Below are positions 29,801 through 42,715 of a stretch of 64,000 bases of DNA, piece by piece (position 1 is the stretch's first letter; every line of letters starts with the position of its first letter). The translations under genes and the position numbers were made by a program. The notes beneath the pieces are model-generated. The model searched no databases. It was given only the letters and a program-made list of their open reading frames with translations, and was not told the DNA's origin. The DNA is from Syncephalis fuscata S228 (Eukaryota > Fungi > Zoopagomycota). Where the stretch lies: positions 496,001-560,000 of the forward strand of contig JAHLTZ010000014.1 of NCBI GenBank assembly GCA_025786725.1, in the 5' to 3' direction.

Positions 29801-30125
29801 GAATCACATTTGGATGGCGAAGTGCACTAAGCAGCGCAACTTCTGCACGTAGTTTACCGGCATCCAAATCGGTAAGATGATCAACACGTAGTTGATTCCA
29901 GGCCACTTCTACGCCTTCATCTTCATCAAAGGCCCGCCAAACACTTTTATAGGCTCCTTTACCTAAAGGTTCAGCATATCGCACAAAGCGACCCGTTGGA
30001 TCGCGGTCAACTACCTTTGGTGGCGGCTCGTCGTCATCATCCACCTCCTCTTCCTTGGCGTCACGTATTCGATCCTCTTCTGTCGTATGACAAGAAGAAG
30101 CATCACTGCGAGGCATATTGACCAC
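26849..30125 (-). CDS. WNK: WNK (With-No-Lysine) serine/threonine kinase; two apparent frameshifts near 28970 and 28860
   Basis: LGKGAYKSVW (Lys in the glycine loop), EVAWNQ (no Lys in subdomain II), [36 protein letters not shown]. Downstream CCT-like domain IKFPFILEQDTPEDVVNEMV and a C-terminal coiled coil. Confidence 0.92.
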
Positions 30126-33100
30126 TAAAGCCTATTCAAGTTGTTCGAGTCAATAAACGGTAGTTAGAAAGCAAAAGTATAAAACAATGAAAAAATAGTA
30201 ATAATTGGATACTAGTAACACTAATAACTAGTGCACGTGTGTACTGCAGCTATTTCACACGCAGATGATGTAAAAATGACTTTTGCCAAGCTAATAAATG
30301 GTGCAAATAATCTATTCAGCAGTCACTTTACATTAATTAAATTTATATTTATAATTAATCATATTAAACATACCTTTTGGGTGTACGCGTGTGTGCTGTG
30401 TTGATTATTCAGCTTATAAATTGCCACTTATAACAATCACAAATCCTATCAATATCAATATAAAATTAATTAATTGAATATTACTTAGTAGCTTTTTAAC
30501 ATTATTGTTACAAATGTTATTTACCTATATAGATGTGCTATAGAATAAAGGTGCAAATTCAAATGGCGTTGGCTACAGTTTTTTTATGTCTCTATATAGA
30601 GACTACGTCGTGGAAATAGTAAAGCTGTTGCCAAGAGTGCGACAACGAACGATAAGACTGTCGAAAATCTACGTTTGCCTGCCACTTATTCATACCAGGC
30701 AGGTGTGGCCAATGATAAAGAAACCAATCAACGACAGTAAAAATACCCGCTTGGATCGTGTAGTCAAGCAGTATTCACACGTTCGATTAGAAGAGATCTC
30801 GCTACGCCTGCAACTGGCTACTACTGTCAAACAGTGACTTTTCCTAAATCATACTGTAAATATCGTTTCTTATATATTGACTGTTGTATGCCAATAGCAA
30901 GTGCATTATCGACTTACCAGACAGTACTAATAGCCAGTAATTGACCTGATTGCCACAATTACTTGCTAATAGGTAATAATCGGACCAAGTGTGTAAGAGA
31001 GAGAGTGTGTGTTATTAGACAAAAGTCTGTATTTGATCGACAAAGAATAATTGAAATTGATGGTCTTTAAATATTGTAAATTACGTCTTATCAAATAACA
31101 ATATCCGTAACTGTTCAGTATATTGCTACCAATAGAAATACTTTAGAAATAGCCAATGAGCAATCAATAGGTGATTATACGAGGCCTGTGTAAAAGAATT
31201 TAAATACGAAGGCCAGTCGTGTAGTAGCAAAGGTAGTCGTTTCTGTTAGAGAACAAAGTGAAATGACGATATTCTAATAGTAAACGGAGGTGCTGCTATT
31301 GTGTCAAACGTAAGATCAATAATAACAAAGAAAAATAAGGCTGAACGTATTGTGCTGCGGTTGTTATTGCTGATATGGTTATTGTGTGGAGTAGTTGATG
31401 AGTATGAAAGATGTGCAGATGACACGGTAATTGCTTGCGAAGAAAAAGCGATGCTTAGAAAAGATGAATAGGCGAAAGTAAGAAGGGCAGCGAGAGAGCG
31501 AGAGAGCACGAAAGATAGGTAGGAAAGAAGGAGTAGAAGGCGACAACAGTACTGGTAGAAGCAGCGAAAGCAGTAGTAGTAATAAGCGTGGTAGGAGCTA
31601 AAAGAAAGTAGATAAAGAAAATAGGCGCACACAATAAAAAGATCTTCAACGAAAGTTTAGTATGTCGATTGCGCGTGTAGCTCGGTGTGTGCGTATATAT
31701 ATGCGCCCCACTATAACAAGTTTGATAGGTAGCTTAATAGTTAGTACTGTATGTGATAAGGTGAAAATTGGAGGCGGAGATGAGAGGCGTGTGTATGACA
31801 ATAGATAGTCAGGCTGTATAGCGTAGACGCACGTACAGGCACGTACACACGCGTGCACACGCTTATTCGTTCAGCTATACACGACGCACTCGAGTGGTGA
31901 TAATAGACGCAGAATAGAAATCAGTGTTAAAGTTGGTTGGTCAATAGAAATGAGGAAAAGAGAAGTTGAGCGGTAAAAGAGTGTCGTTTGTTTTACTTAC
32001 ACTTTTTTGTTAACAAATTTGCTGAAAATTGAAAAATATAAATGGCCGTTTCCTTTGAGTGAGTAAGTGAAAGTGAGAGAGTAGCTATGAATTAAGGAAA
32101 ATGATCCCAATTCTTGTGTGTGTGTGTGTGATGAAGTAGAGAAGAAAATTTGCTAATTTGGAAGAATTCACTTCCGAGCGGGCTTTTTAATAACCCAGCC
32201 AGTTTATGACGATCTTGGACTGCTTAGTGCATGAAGTAAATAAGAAAGATAGACAGTGAGTCACTGTTAAGATTGATGACCATATAGCATGTCAATGATC
32301 TGTAAAGACGTTTAAGAAAGATATCAAGTACCCAGTATTTATTGTGTAGAATGAATAGCAAGCTAGTAGACATGTTTAAAAGAACAATCGAAGTATCAAA
32401 CGGACTGACGCAAGAAGGATAAAGAGAGCTATGTGCTTCTATGAACAATCGATGCAATGGTCTAACAGGATTGACATAGTTATTATTATTATTTGACAAT
32501 CCTTGAACAATAATCGATGATTCTATTTTCACTATTTTTGGCATATTTCTGTTACAAAATGTATTTCTAGTGCTTATCAATGCCATGACCTTGATAGGTG
32601 CATAGATGTAGCTACATAACAATGCATTGAGGTGCAGCACAATGGCCATGTAATACAACATCATTTCTACATTATAATAAAATTACTAATAGATTACTAA
32701 TAGTAGTAAAAACCATTTAACTAATTAGTTATTATTAATTTGTAACGTCTAATTACAAAGTATGACCAATCGTCTATGACTTGAATACCATCTATTTCGT
32801 TTAATATATATTAAAATACAACAGTATTGATTGGAATAGTAACTGTAATAACCGTAACAGCCGCAATAGTATAGTCAAGGTGGAAAAGTCATATATTTTC
32901 AAGTTGACTTGAAGAATTTTCTTTACCACGTGCCAAATGCTGTTCAGAATCAACATGATGGGCGCTGACTTTTATCGAAACAATGTAAAAGTCGCCTAAG
33001 CGTACAAATCATTGTTAGGCATGATCGGTAAATAGTCGCCGATATTGGCTTGTGAGCGTGTACATAGCTTATACCTTGCTCACTAGTATAGCAAACGGCT

Positions 33101-34678
33101 TAAAACGGAAATACAATACAACTGCGCGCTTGTACAATTACTTCCCCACACCATTAATTAGCCAGCCAACCAGCCAACCAACCATTTACTTCTCCGTCTT
33201 GTTTCGCTCAAAAAGTAGCCCGAACTGTTTGTCTATTCATAACATTGGCCACACGTGAATGATAATTTTTGTCGTGACTGATCTATCCTTGGCTTAAGAC
33301 ATAGTCCATCGGCTATTGTGCCATACATTAACTTTTGCCTATAAACATCATGATATTGAAACTTTTCGCTATTTACTATCTTTATTTTTATTATAACGTG
33401 CTCGAGTACCCCTTACTTTTTGTTTGTTAACATCGATTTTATTCTATTGGCAAGTATACTATAGTAAATATTTACTATAGTTTATTGATTTCAGCTATTT
33501 AATTTGATTACGTATCCTGGTTAATCATCCAATAGCCAGTCATAAACTTGTTAACAGCAAGGGATATTAATTAGCGTTGCCAATCTTAATAGCTGTGTTG
33601 TGTTCACAGTACAACTTTCTGCAATAATCGCTGTCATTATTGTGTGTGTTGTCATCGTTGTCATCTCTATTTACTGTCGTTCTTTCTTTTTCCCTTGTTC
33701 ACTTTAGCACACACAACACACAACACCACACTTTCATTCACAATAAGCCTTTCTCGTTTATATTCTCACGACCGCTCATCTGTTCTTTATTGCTATTAAG
33801 AGAGCCATCGACCGGTTCAAAGGATCATTATTCTTGGTACAGCTAGTTGGTGAACTATTCGTATAACATATTAGGTATGTGGGATGGAAGAAGTGGTTTG
33901 CAAATGGAGTCATTTTATGTTAGCAACTGCGGATATACAGTAGAATATTTATAGGCACGGTTTAAATATCGGTATACTACTTTGTTCTACAGTAATATAG
34001 TTGAATAGTAGAGGTACTTTTACTGTAGAGATACAGTAGACGGTCTATCAAATTGACTTGCACTTTAGACATTGTAGTATATTGTAGTAGTATCCATTAT
34101 GATATGTAACAATAGCCTATAGTCCCCTTAATATTGCCATTCAAGTAGCCTCTACTTGCAGTTACTTGTTTTCAATAGAGCTTTGCGTATTTATCGTGCA
34201 TATCTTTATCTATCATTTATTTTACTGGTTAATTTGCTGTAAATTGGATGATTCTATATTGTTTTATTTATTTTTAGCTGTAGTGACATGTGACAATCTA
34301 TCCACCATCAGTTAACGTTTTTTAAGGGAGATGCCGACTTTGCATTTTGCCTATTAATATTATAACTGTATAACTATTGATGTGTCATTGACTTACAGAT
34401 CTATTAGTCTTGTATGGATAATTAATGACTGCTAGTCAAATAACTATATGCTTTAATACTGTTATTAACGTTATTGTTATTATTGTTATTATTGTTATTA
34501 TTATTTGATTGTATGATGTTATTGTAGTACTAAGAACAATAGTGGCCTTGAAGTAAAATAGGACAAAGATTGTTGAACTGCGTCTCTCACTAAAGTGCTC
34601 TACTAATACACTGATGCTAAAAGGTCATTAATAGCATAACGCTCGTTATTCGATACTTCACCATCAATATCAGGCAAT

Positions 34679-36079
34679 ATGATCAATACACCTGCCTTTA
34701 CAAATGCTGAACTAGATCGTTCCTCGTTGCCGTTAAATACTTGGATGCAACACGGCCAGACTTATGGTCACCAACAATCATATAGTCAGCACTCAAATAA
34801 CTTGTCGGTTCATCAACAGGCACACGCGTTATTGGCACAAACGGCGCAGTCACAACCAAGTCAAATGCCTCAGTCAAGAAAGCCCATCTGGATGACATCG
34901 GCCGCTATTGTCGATTCACTACCACTTGGTGTAGCCGAAGTTGTGCGATCTGTATCACCAACAGGTTCTATATCACCGCCACCACCACCTACTAGCACTG
35001 GATCGCCTGTGGTAAATGCGGCTATGTTTAATGCGGCAGCGGCTCATCTAATGGCTTCGGCAACATCTGTACCACCGTTTTCTGAAGATTCTCCATTTGC
35101 CTCACCAAATACACCACTTGATTCATTTTTCCGTTCAAACGTAACAATAGCATCGGCCAAGGATGCTTCTACAGGTGCTATATCCAATAGCAATAGCAAC
35201 AATAGCAATAACGGCGACAGTAACAACGATAGCAGTTTATTTAATCCATTTGAACAGCGCTATTTTTCCGATTTTTTAAACAAATTTGCCTTTGATAGTC
35301 CTGAATCACCGTCAAATGGCGAAGCAACAAAGCCATTAACGGAATCACACCAGCCATTGCCATTAAACACGGATAAATTCAACGACGCTGCATATCCCAG
35401 TCCTGAACCTACTCGCTCAGAACGATCGCTTATGTTATCAACTACTGCTGCATCGTCCATATTATCTACATTGTCCAAATCTACCGATATTAACTTGACA
35501 AAAAATGGCGCATCTAAAGTAGCAAATACTACGACAGGTAAAGCATCATTTGATTATGCATCGGATGTAAAGGTTGAAGCGCCAGCATCTCCTTCTATCA
35601 AGAATGCAGTGTCTGCACCATCATCTACAAAACGTAAAAGAGCACCTGTCGATACAACTAAACGGAAAAGAAGCCTGGTGGACTCGAGTATAAGCTGCAA
35701 TGTCAATCAAACAGCCTATTTATCACCAACCATATCTGAATCTATCGTACGTCGATCTTCCTGTCCTAGTATTGAAGAAGGCGATGCCAACGATGATATG
35801 AGCTTACTGGACGATAAGTCAAACTCATCATTTAAAAAAGAGCTACTGTCAGAGGAACAGAAACGGATAAATCATATTCGTTCAGAACAAAAGCGACGCG
35901 ACGCTATTCGTACTGGCTTCCAAGATTTAGGCGAAATGGTGCCTGCATTACGTGGTGTTCGCTATAGCAAAAGTGTAATGCTTGACGAAACCGTCTCGTG
36001 GATTGCCCAACTAGAGGCAGATTGTCAACAACTACAAAAAGATATTAGCCTACTTGAAGCCAAGTGTGCACAACAGTAG
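34679..36079 (+). CDS. bHLH(-zip) transcription factor (Ino4/Mlx-like)
   Basis: LLSEEQKRINHIRSEQKRRDAIRTGFQDLGEMVPAL..SKSVMLDETVSWIAQL followed by a heptad extension; S/P-rich N-terminus; KRKR NLS-like motifs. Confidence 0.88.
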   Translation: MINTPAFTNAELDRSSLPLNTWMQHGQTYGHQQSYSQHSNNLSVHQQAHALLAQTAQSQPSQMPQSRKPIWMTSAAIVDSLPLGVAEVVRSVSPTGSISPPPPPTSTGSPVVNAAMFNAAAAHLMASATSVPPFSEDSPFASPNTPLDSFFRSNVTIASAKDASTGAISNSNSNNSNNGDSNNDSSLFNPFEQRYFSDFLNKFAFDSPESPSNGEATKPLTESHQPLPLNTDKFNDAAYPSPEPTRSERSLMLSTTAASSILSTLSKSTDINLTKNGASKVANTTTGKASFDYASDVKVEAPASPSIKNAVSAPSSTKRKRAPVDTTKRKRSLVDSSISCNVNQTAYLSPTISESIVRRSSCPSIEEGDANDDMSLLDDKSNSSFKKELLSEEQKRINHIRSEQKRRDAIRTGFQDLGEMVPALRGVRYSKSVMLDETVSWIAQLEADCQQLQKDISLLEAKCAQQ

Positions 36080-36559
36080 TGTTGACACTAGGCGTTCAAA
36101 CAAATCTGCCTACTCCAGCCTGGATTACCAATAACCAATTATTTATTTGTGCTACGAGCATTGTCTAATCCAGACTACTTTTGAATCAAAATTGCTTTAA
36201 TTTTACGATATCTTTTTGTTTATCATACATTTCATAACGGCTCCATTCTATTTGTCTATTTCTTTTAAAAGCCGACTTTTTTATTTTAGCTTTATAATTA
36301 GCAATTTTATTTTAGTAAATTTTATTTAATAATATTTTGTACAATTGTTATAATTATTTTACGATTAATAGAACACTTTAATGAAACTATTAAATAAGTT
36401 TGAAACATTGATTGTATTTGCTAATGCTGAACTATTTTATTAAAAATATTATAAAACTATGATTGTAACTATCGCATCCAAGTATAAATCAGTACTTGTT
36501 ACTGACTACTACATTAACTATGATGCATCAGTGCAATGAACTGTAGCCAATGCACTAAA

Positions 36560-38082
36560 TTAAGGCCGTAATGGCGATTGTGGAATCTCACGTGCCTGTA
36601 TAGAGGAATCATAAGGTGGTGGCGGTGGCAAGTTTTGCATTGTAGTAAATGAACTAGGATTAAATTGTTGATGTTGATGTTGCTGCTGTTGCTTAAATGT
36701 CTTTTCATCTACATATGGCGGCAAAAATTCAAATTTTAGTGATGAAGTACTCCAAACTCGATTTTGAAATTCTAAATCGCGATTAAGAGCTCGCTCGTAA
36801 AATCTAGAATATTCTTCAGCTGAAAGAGGGCCCTCTGGAATAATATCCTCTGGATCCATATTTTGGAGTTCAGCTTCTGCTAATAGATCCCTAATAGGAG
36901 CTGGAGCTTTCCAAATGAAATCGGCTGGTGTTGGCAGCAATATTTCTCGAATTAGATTGCTTATAGTTCTATGCGTGTCTACAAGTGTAGCTGGTCTTAA
37001 ATTGTTTTCATTTTTCATGTAAAATCGATCAAGTACATTCTTGGCCTCTATACGATAGTAATCTTCATTCACTACTAACACTCTAAATCGAGGACTAAAG
37101 CCGAATCTAGCACTATAGCTGATAGTACGTCGAGATGGGTCTTGCGCATGAATAACATTTACATCTAAGTAAAGAAAGAGAGATGTTATAAAAATTATTA
37201 CAATCATTTAAGCAGCTTACTATAGCCATAACTAGAATCGTAATAGAATCCAAGTTTCGTCGCATAGTTTACGCCTAATAATTAAAAAAGTCAATATTGC
37301 CATTTAATATTTCAGACTATAAATACCTATAATGACCTGTTTTGCCAAATCATCTATTACTGCTTTTACCTGCTTCTCTGGAGGAGGAGCCCAGTAAAAG
37401 GAAGAAAAGGGGAGCGTTTTCGATAGAATGGTAGGCATTCTGGACCGCATTATATCTGTGTTCATGCGACGTATGGATTTTAGATTTGGTATAACATAAC
37501 AGACATGTCCCCAGCCTGTAGGATAATGTTTGACAGGACATCCAACAATATCCCTAGCTTGCTTGTATTGTTCAGTGTTAAATCTGGTGTTCATACAACT
37601 CTATAGTAAATCATGTTATTAGCTATAATATACTATAAATTGCATGATACATACATAATAAAATAAAATAGATCTATCGTCATAGACGGATGGCAGACTT
37701 TCAAATTGTCGATGATCTCCACATTCAATACTAACTTTCTGAGATCCAAGCAATCCTAGTGCAGTATAAATTCTGCTATCGTACACTTGATGTTGCTCGG
37801 TAATCTTGAGCTGATTATCACCAAATGCACCCCATTTTCCTATTTTTTGCTCATAAAAGGTATTTTGTTCTATAAAATCCACCGCTGTTAGTACAATATT
37901 ATGATAAGCAATATTCCACATACTTCTATTGTAGCCAATTGAATTTGCAGATGAAGATGCAAAGCCTCGGTTTACGCTTGCACTTGAACTTTGTGGCGCA
38001 GCTTTAACATGGGTATAACACTTGCTACCAGTACTAGTGCGACTGATGTAGCAATAAGCGCAGCTTTGTTATTAAGCAGCAT
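36560..38082 (-). CDS. Secreted kinase-like protein, paralogue 2, multi-exon, with a P/Q-rich tail
   Basis: Signal-like MLLNNKAALIATSVALVLV (frameshift just after); VSIECG, HVCYVIPN, GVNYATKLGFYYDSSYG; C-terminal PPPPPY. Confidence 0.55.
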
Positions 38083-38517
38083 TATAATACGATTTAACCA
38101 CTAATTCGTAGAACAGATATGTCTTGTAATAGCACATAAAAATCTAGTTTAGTTGAATTTAATTGAAAATATTGCGGGAAGAGTAAAAGTAGGAAAACTT
38201 TAAAACAGCTACTCCAAATAAATAGCTGTCCCTTTTTAGGCTATCACGCCGAAGCTAATATGTTTAGGGAATACAAAAAAGGATTTGTACACGTGGGCAA
38301 TTATACAATTGAATGGTTTCACCGAGTATCAGCTAGCAAGAATAAAAATAGTATTTTATTGGAAGAAATGGCTGGTTTAATCAAGGCTTGCGCCCATCTA
38401 TTTATACTCTGCACCGAATTTATTGATATGGTGGCGGTTTATTGTTAGATTTGGAATCAGAGCTACGCGAGGACGATTGTACCTGGCCAGTAGATTTGCC
38501 GTTTTGAACACCGCGAT

Positions 38518-39515
38518 CTAATAAGCGATCATTTCCAATAGTTTTATAGTTTGGTAAAGGCTCTGTCCACAAAAAGAAAGTTTTAAACTCGTTTGCAATA
38601 TTATCATGAATTTTGATAATCCATCTTTTGGATTTATGTAATGGTAGATGTTAGTTAACGCATCCAAAATGCTATTATTCATTTGGTGCATGACCCCTTC
38701 CCTGTTATCGGGGCTTATCTCGGCTAAACTGTTTGTAAATGTGCTTTCAAATCCTGTCAAGAGTACAGATGCTCCGTTGTTGATACAAATATCTAAAATG
38801 TAGAAAAAATAAGTTTAAAGTAAACAATTAATAATCTAGCTTACTTACTTTCCATATCGTATTGATAAAGCCATCCTAGTTTTTTTAAATCACTCATGGC
38901 TAGATTGAATAATTGTTAACATAGTGTGACATGCACATGTTAAAACCTACCCTTTTTAACATCACTGACTACCCTATTGGCTATATTAATGCCATTTGCC
39001 ATTTTGACTGAAGAAAGATGATCGCCAAGCTTATTTAAGCGTACATCACACTTATAAGAAGTGACATAGCAAACAACACTGCCTACTGAGAAGCTGATAC
39101 GAGGTACGTCAATTTGTATATCATCATCGTAGATAAGATGCCCCATAAGGCCCTATTACAAAAGCAATTAAAATACATAGCCAATACTATATGGAGCTTA
39201 CCTTGTATACATCGAAAGCTTGATATTCTGGATAATTTGCTTTGTCATTTCCACATGTAACTTTAACATCATCCACTCCATAAAGTGCATGAGCGTACTT
39301 CAAATGGTTGTTACTAGGCAGCTCTTTGATAAAATGAATATGAAAGTTTTTAAATTGCTCTGCGATTGACGGTTGATTAAAAAAACCTTTTATTGCGATG
39401 CTATCTGAAAAAATTAGCTGGATAATCCGACATAGCTATTACGTTTACTTACTTGCAGTGTATACTACGGCCAGCAATAATAGCGCAATAAAGCTAGACT
39501 TGGTTTTAGAACACA
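38518..39515 (-). CDS. Secreted kinase-like protein, paralogue 3, multi-exon
   Basis: Signal peptide MFLKPSLAFIALLLLAVVYTA; VKVTCG, VVCYVTSY, AMSDLKKLGWLYQYDME, DICINNGASVLLTGFESTF. Confidence 0.6.
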
Positions 39516-40062
39516 TTTTAGAAGATCGCGCTTAATTGAAGGTAATAAAAAAGATAATTTCGTAAATATGTGGCGTTTTATTTAGATGTTTACTAGCATT
39601 TTATAAGCACTTGTGCGGGCGATCATGATAAAAGCCATTTATTTAAAACGGAAATAAAGGATATAATTGAGCTGACTACTAAAAGAAATAATTAAAGCGC
39701 CGATTTATAACATGTCTATAGTGGTAAATATTAGGAGTAGAGCTAGTATTGTTTTTAAATGTTTACATGGTTTCAATACAATTTAACGGTTTATATTTCA
39801 ATTTTATAGCCTAAACTATCTGGCCGTGTTTATTTTAGTATTAAGCACATGCATATGGATTATAATAAAATTACATTTTCTTAAAATTTACTAGCCTTCA
39901 ACAAGTTTTTTAGTATTTAGTTATTAGCTGTTCAGTTAACAGTGGTTCTAACTATTGGCTTAAATACATATTTATTAATAAACAAATTTGCTAAAAATAC
40001 TTAAACGTTATGATTAAAATTATTAATAATTATGCTTACAACAAAAAGCGATAACAGTTAAG

Positions 40063-41262
40063 TTATCGACAAGCTCGCGCTATAGCTTCTAATAAAGCGG
40101 GAGCTGTGCGTTTTGGTAGTCTACAGCTATGTTTGCGATGTCCATTAAGACCACAATTAAAACATGAGATCAGTCTAGATGGGATCAAAACATGTGACTG
40201 GTTACAAAATTGCTGTTGCTGGTCACAATAGGATTGATCTGAATGCTCATTTTCATACAAACTATTACTATTTACGGTTTCTAAATTAGCGGTTGATGGC
40301 CGGCGAGCATGCGAGAGACTTGCTGGCCTGGGTCGAAATTGCTCAAATTGGCGAGACAGATCGTCAAATTCATGAATTAATTCTTGAATACGTTCTACGT
40401 ATCGTTGATGAAGTCGACGGCGCTGTTGAGTACGAGGATGAGCTAATGGTGAAACGGGATTTGCAGGACTGCTTGGTGATTTTGCCATGGCTATACCTTC
40501 AACATTTGAACGTAATGCAAATCGTGGCGATATTGGCGACGATTGTACGCGGATTGGATAGCCCAACAATCGGGGAGAAAGCACTAGCGATGAAGGACGA
40601 TATTTGTCCTGCTGTCTAATACTGGCCACTCGATTTCCGGAAACGTGGTTCCCAGACGTAACGTCTTCGCTGTTATTACTATTTTGATCATGGCTTAAAT
40701 CGAGCAATTCGTCAGATGTACAGCGTGCAAGACGGGAGACATCTTCAGAAACAAAAGCACAAAACACCGCCTTTCCTAACTCCGAACCTACATCATCCAC
40801 TACAGCGCGTGTTTTTCGGTAGATCACTACAAGATAGCGATCCAGAGGCTCGGTTCTGTTTGCTTCGGCCAGTTGGCCGAGCAAAGACGAGTAGAATCGG
40901 TGTGCATGGCTATGTGCATTCTCTTCTGGTTTTTGCACAAATAATCTCCAAGGACTTATTAAAAGATGGTGACGGTTAGGCGGCCCTACTGCACGGGAAA
41001 ATTCACGGCGAAAGACACGCCATTTGCCATCAGCTAGTTCAGTATGTGCGCTGAACCAAGCCTGCCATGTCTCAGAAAGATAAAGATATGCTAAACGAGA
41101 CCAGCTGTTGCGAGGCCATTTATTATACTTGGCACACGATTCAAAATGGCCTAGCCATTCTTCCACATTGTCCTCGTGTTCTCCCTGGAAGATGCTTGGC
41201 TTTTGAGTTATATTGAGTCGCAGTGGCACTGTAGTTGATGATTTACGATAAAAGGCAAGCAT
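40063..41262 (-). CDS. Solitary Ty3/Gypsy Gag-like protein (capsid domain + CCHC zinc knuckle)
   Basis: PSIFQGEHEDNVEEWLGHFESCAKYNKW..RLAYLYLSETWQAWF..KWRVFRREF (retrotransposon gag capsid pattern); CFNCGLNGHRKHSC = CX2CX4HX4C. Intact 399-aa ORF; no pol or LTR seen nearby. Confidence 0.8.
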   Translation of the reverse strand: MLAFYRKSSTTVPLRLNITQKPSIFQGEHEDNVEEWLGHFESCAKYNKWPRNSWSRLAYLYLSETWQAWFSAHTELADGKWRVFRREFSRAVGPPNRHHLLISPWRLFVQKPEENAHSHAHRFYSSLLGQLAEANRTEPLDRYLVVIYRKTRAVVDDVGSELGKAVFCAFVSEDVSRLARCTSDELLDLSHDQNSNNSEDVTSGNHVSGNRVASIRQQDKYRPSSLVLSPRLLGYPIRVQSSPISPRFALRSNVEGIAMAKSPSSPANPVSPLAHPRTQQRRRLHQRYVERIQELIHEFDDLSRQFEQFRPRPASLSHARRPSTANLETVNSNSLYENEHSDQSYCDQQQQFCNQSHVLIPSRLISCFNCGLNGHRKHSCRLPKRTAPALLEAIARACR

Positions 41263-42715
41263 AATCACCTGACCTAATGGTAATAGCAGCGATGGTTCAA
41301 GTAACAACGCAGTTACAATAATAAGACTAACTGAGTAGTTTAATGCAATGGATTTATAAAATAGATGCGCACCCTGGAGCTCGGGTCATAAACTGGTGCT
41401 TTAATAGTGGATTTGCTCTGGTCATTCAAAATGCTAATGCTTTTGTTTGATGACATTTATACTCACGCATAAGTAGTGCTCATCAAACCGTTACGGTTTC
41501 AATTACGTTTTAAAAGTAAAGCACACGCAGATTTCAATTGACAATCTGACCTTTGACCTGATTCACACACCTTATGCTGTCTGTGCGCTATTCCTGGTCA
41601 GCAATATAAACGTCTACACACGGTACAAGCTTATGCAGCAGGTTTTGCATGTATGTGTAATCTAATGCAAAAGTGGGCGACGCATCTTCATGCATATTCT
41701 TATTTCTCAAAACTTGAACATAAAAAGGTTTACTTGTATTGGCAAAGCTTTTATATTATCAATATGTCTAACGAATACAACCAAAAATATCTACATGCTA
41801 AATCGAGATATATTTAAATCATTTCAACTTTTAGTATTGTTATTGTTGTTGTATTAAATAAAACTTTAGTATAATTCTAGTATTAATACTTATATATTTA
41901 TTGTTAGACAAGCTATTCTAGATTATATTAAAAGCAGTACATACTGTACGTCTGATTTCGACAAACATCATTCTAAATGCAGTCAATTTTATGGGGCATG
42001 CAGCAATATGCACAAGTCCAATGTCATTGTAAATTGAATGCACTGCCATTTCTGCACTAATAGTCATAATATCATATTGAATCCATATGCAAACCAACTA
42101 GTATATTTTTATGGTTCGTAAATCGCATTCAGTTTATGAACAATGATAGATACCCGTAGCAGCTACCTATTTAATACATCAATTCTGATGCAGTGTAATT
42201 AAAAACCTTTATTTAAATATATGTAACTATTGGCTATTATAATTATCGAAAAGACAAAAACAAAAACAAAAAACGTTATTTTATAACACCAATGCACCCA
42301 TGTCCACCATATGGTAGACTATGTAGCAAAAATACGAATTACTATGCACGCCTGTACCAAATATGCACTGAATAATTGATATTATCATATCGATTGTGTA
42401 AATTTCAAACAAGTTAAAACAAATAACAAATTGAATAATATTAGTCTATCAATATATTGTTATACGCGTAATTCAGAGCATTGTGTATATCTGTTGTTAT
42501 TGATTCACATTGCACATAAACAGCATAGCCTATACACATAGCATATTGGTAGCTCAGCATAACCATCGACTTAAGTAGCCCACAAAAATATACACAACTA
42601 ACCAGTGGTAGTATCATCACATTCTACTTTCTGCTAAACACTCACTACTACCTACTTTATACTACTGCACTTTATTGTCTATTCTACTTGTTTATCTTGA
42701 CAAATCAATATCACC

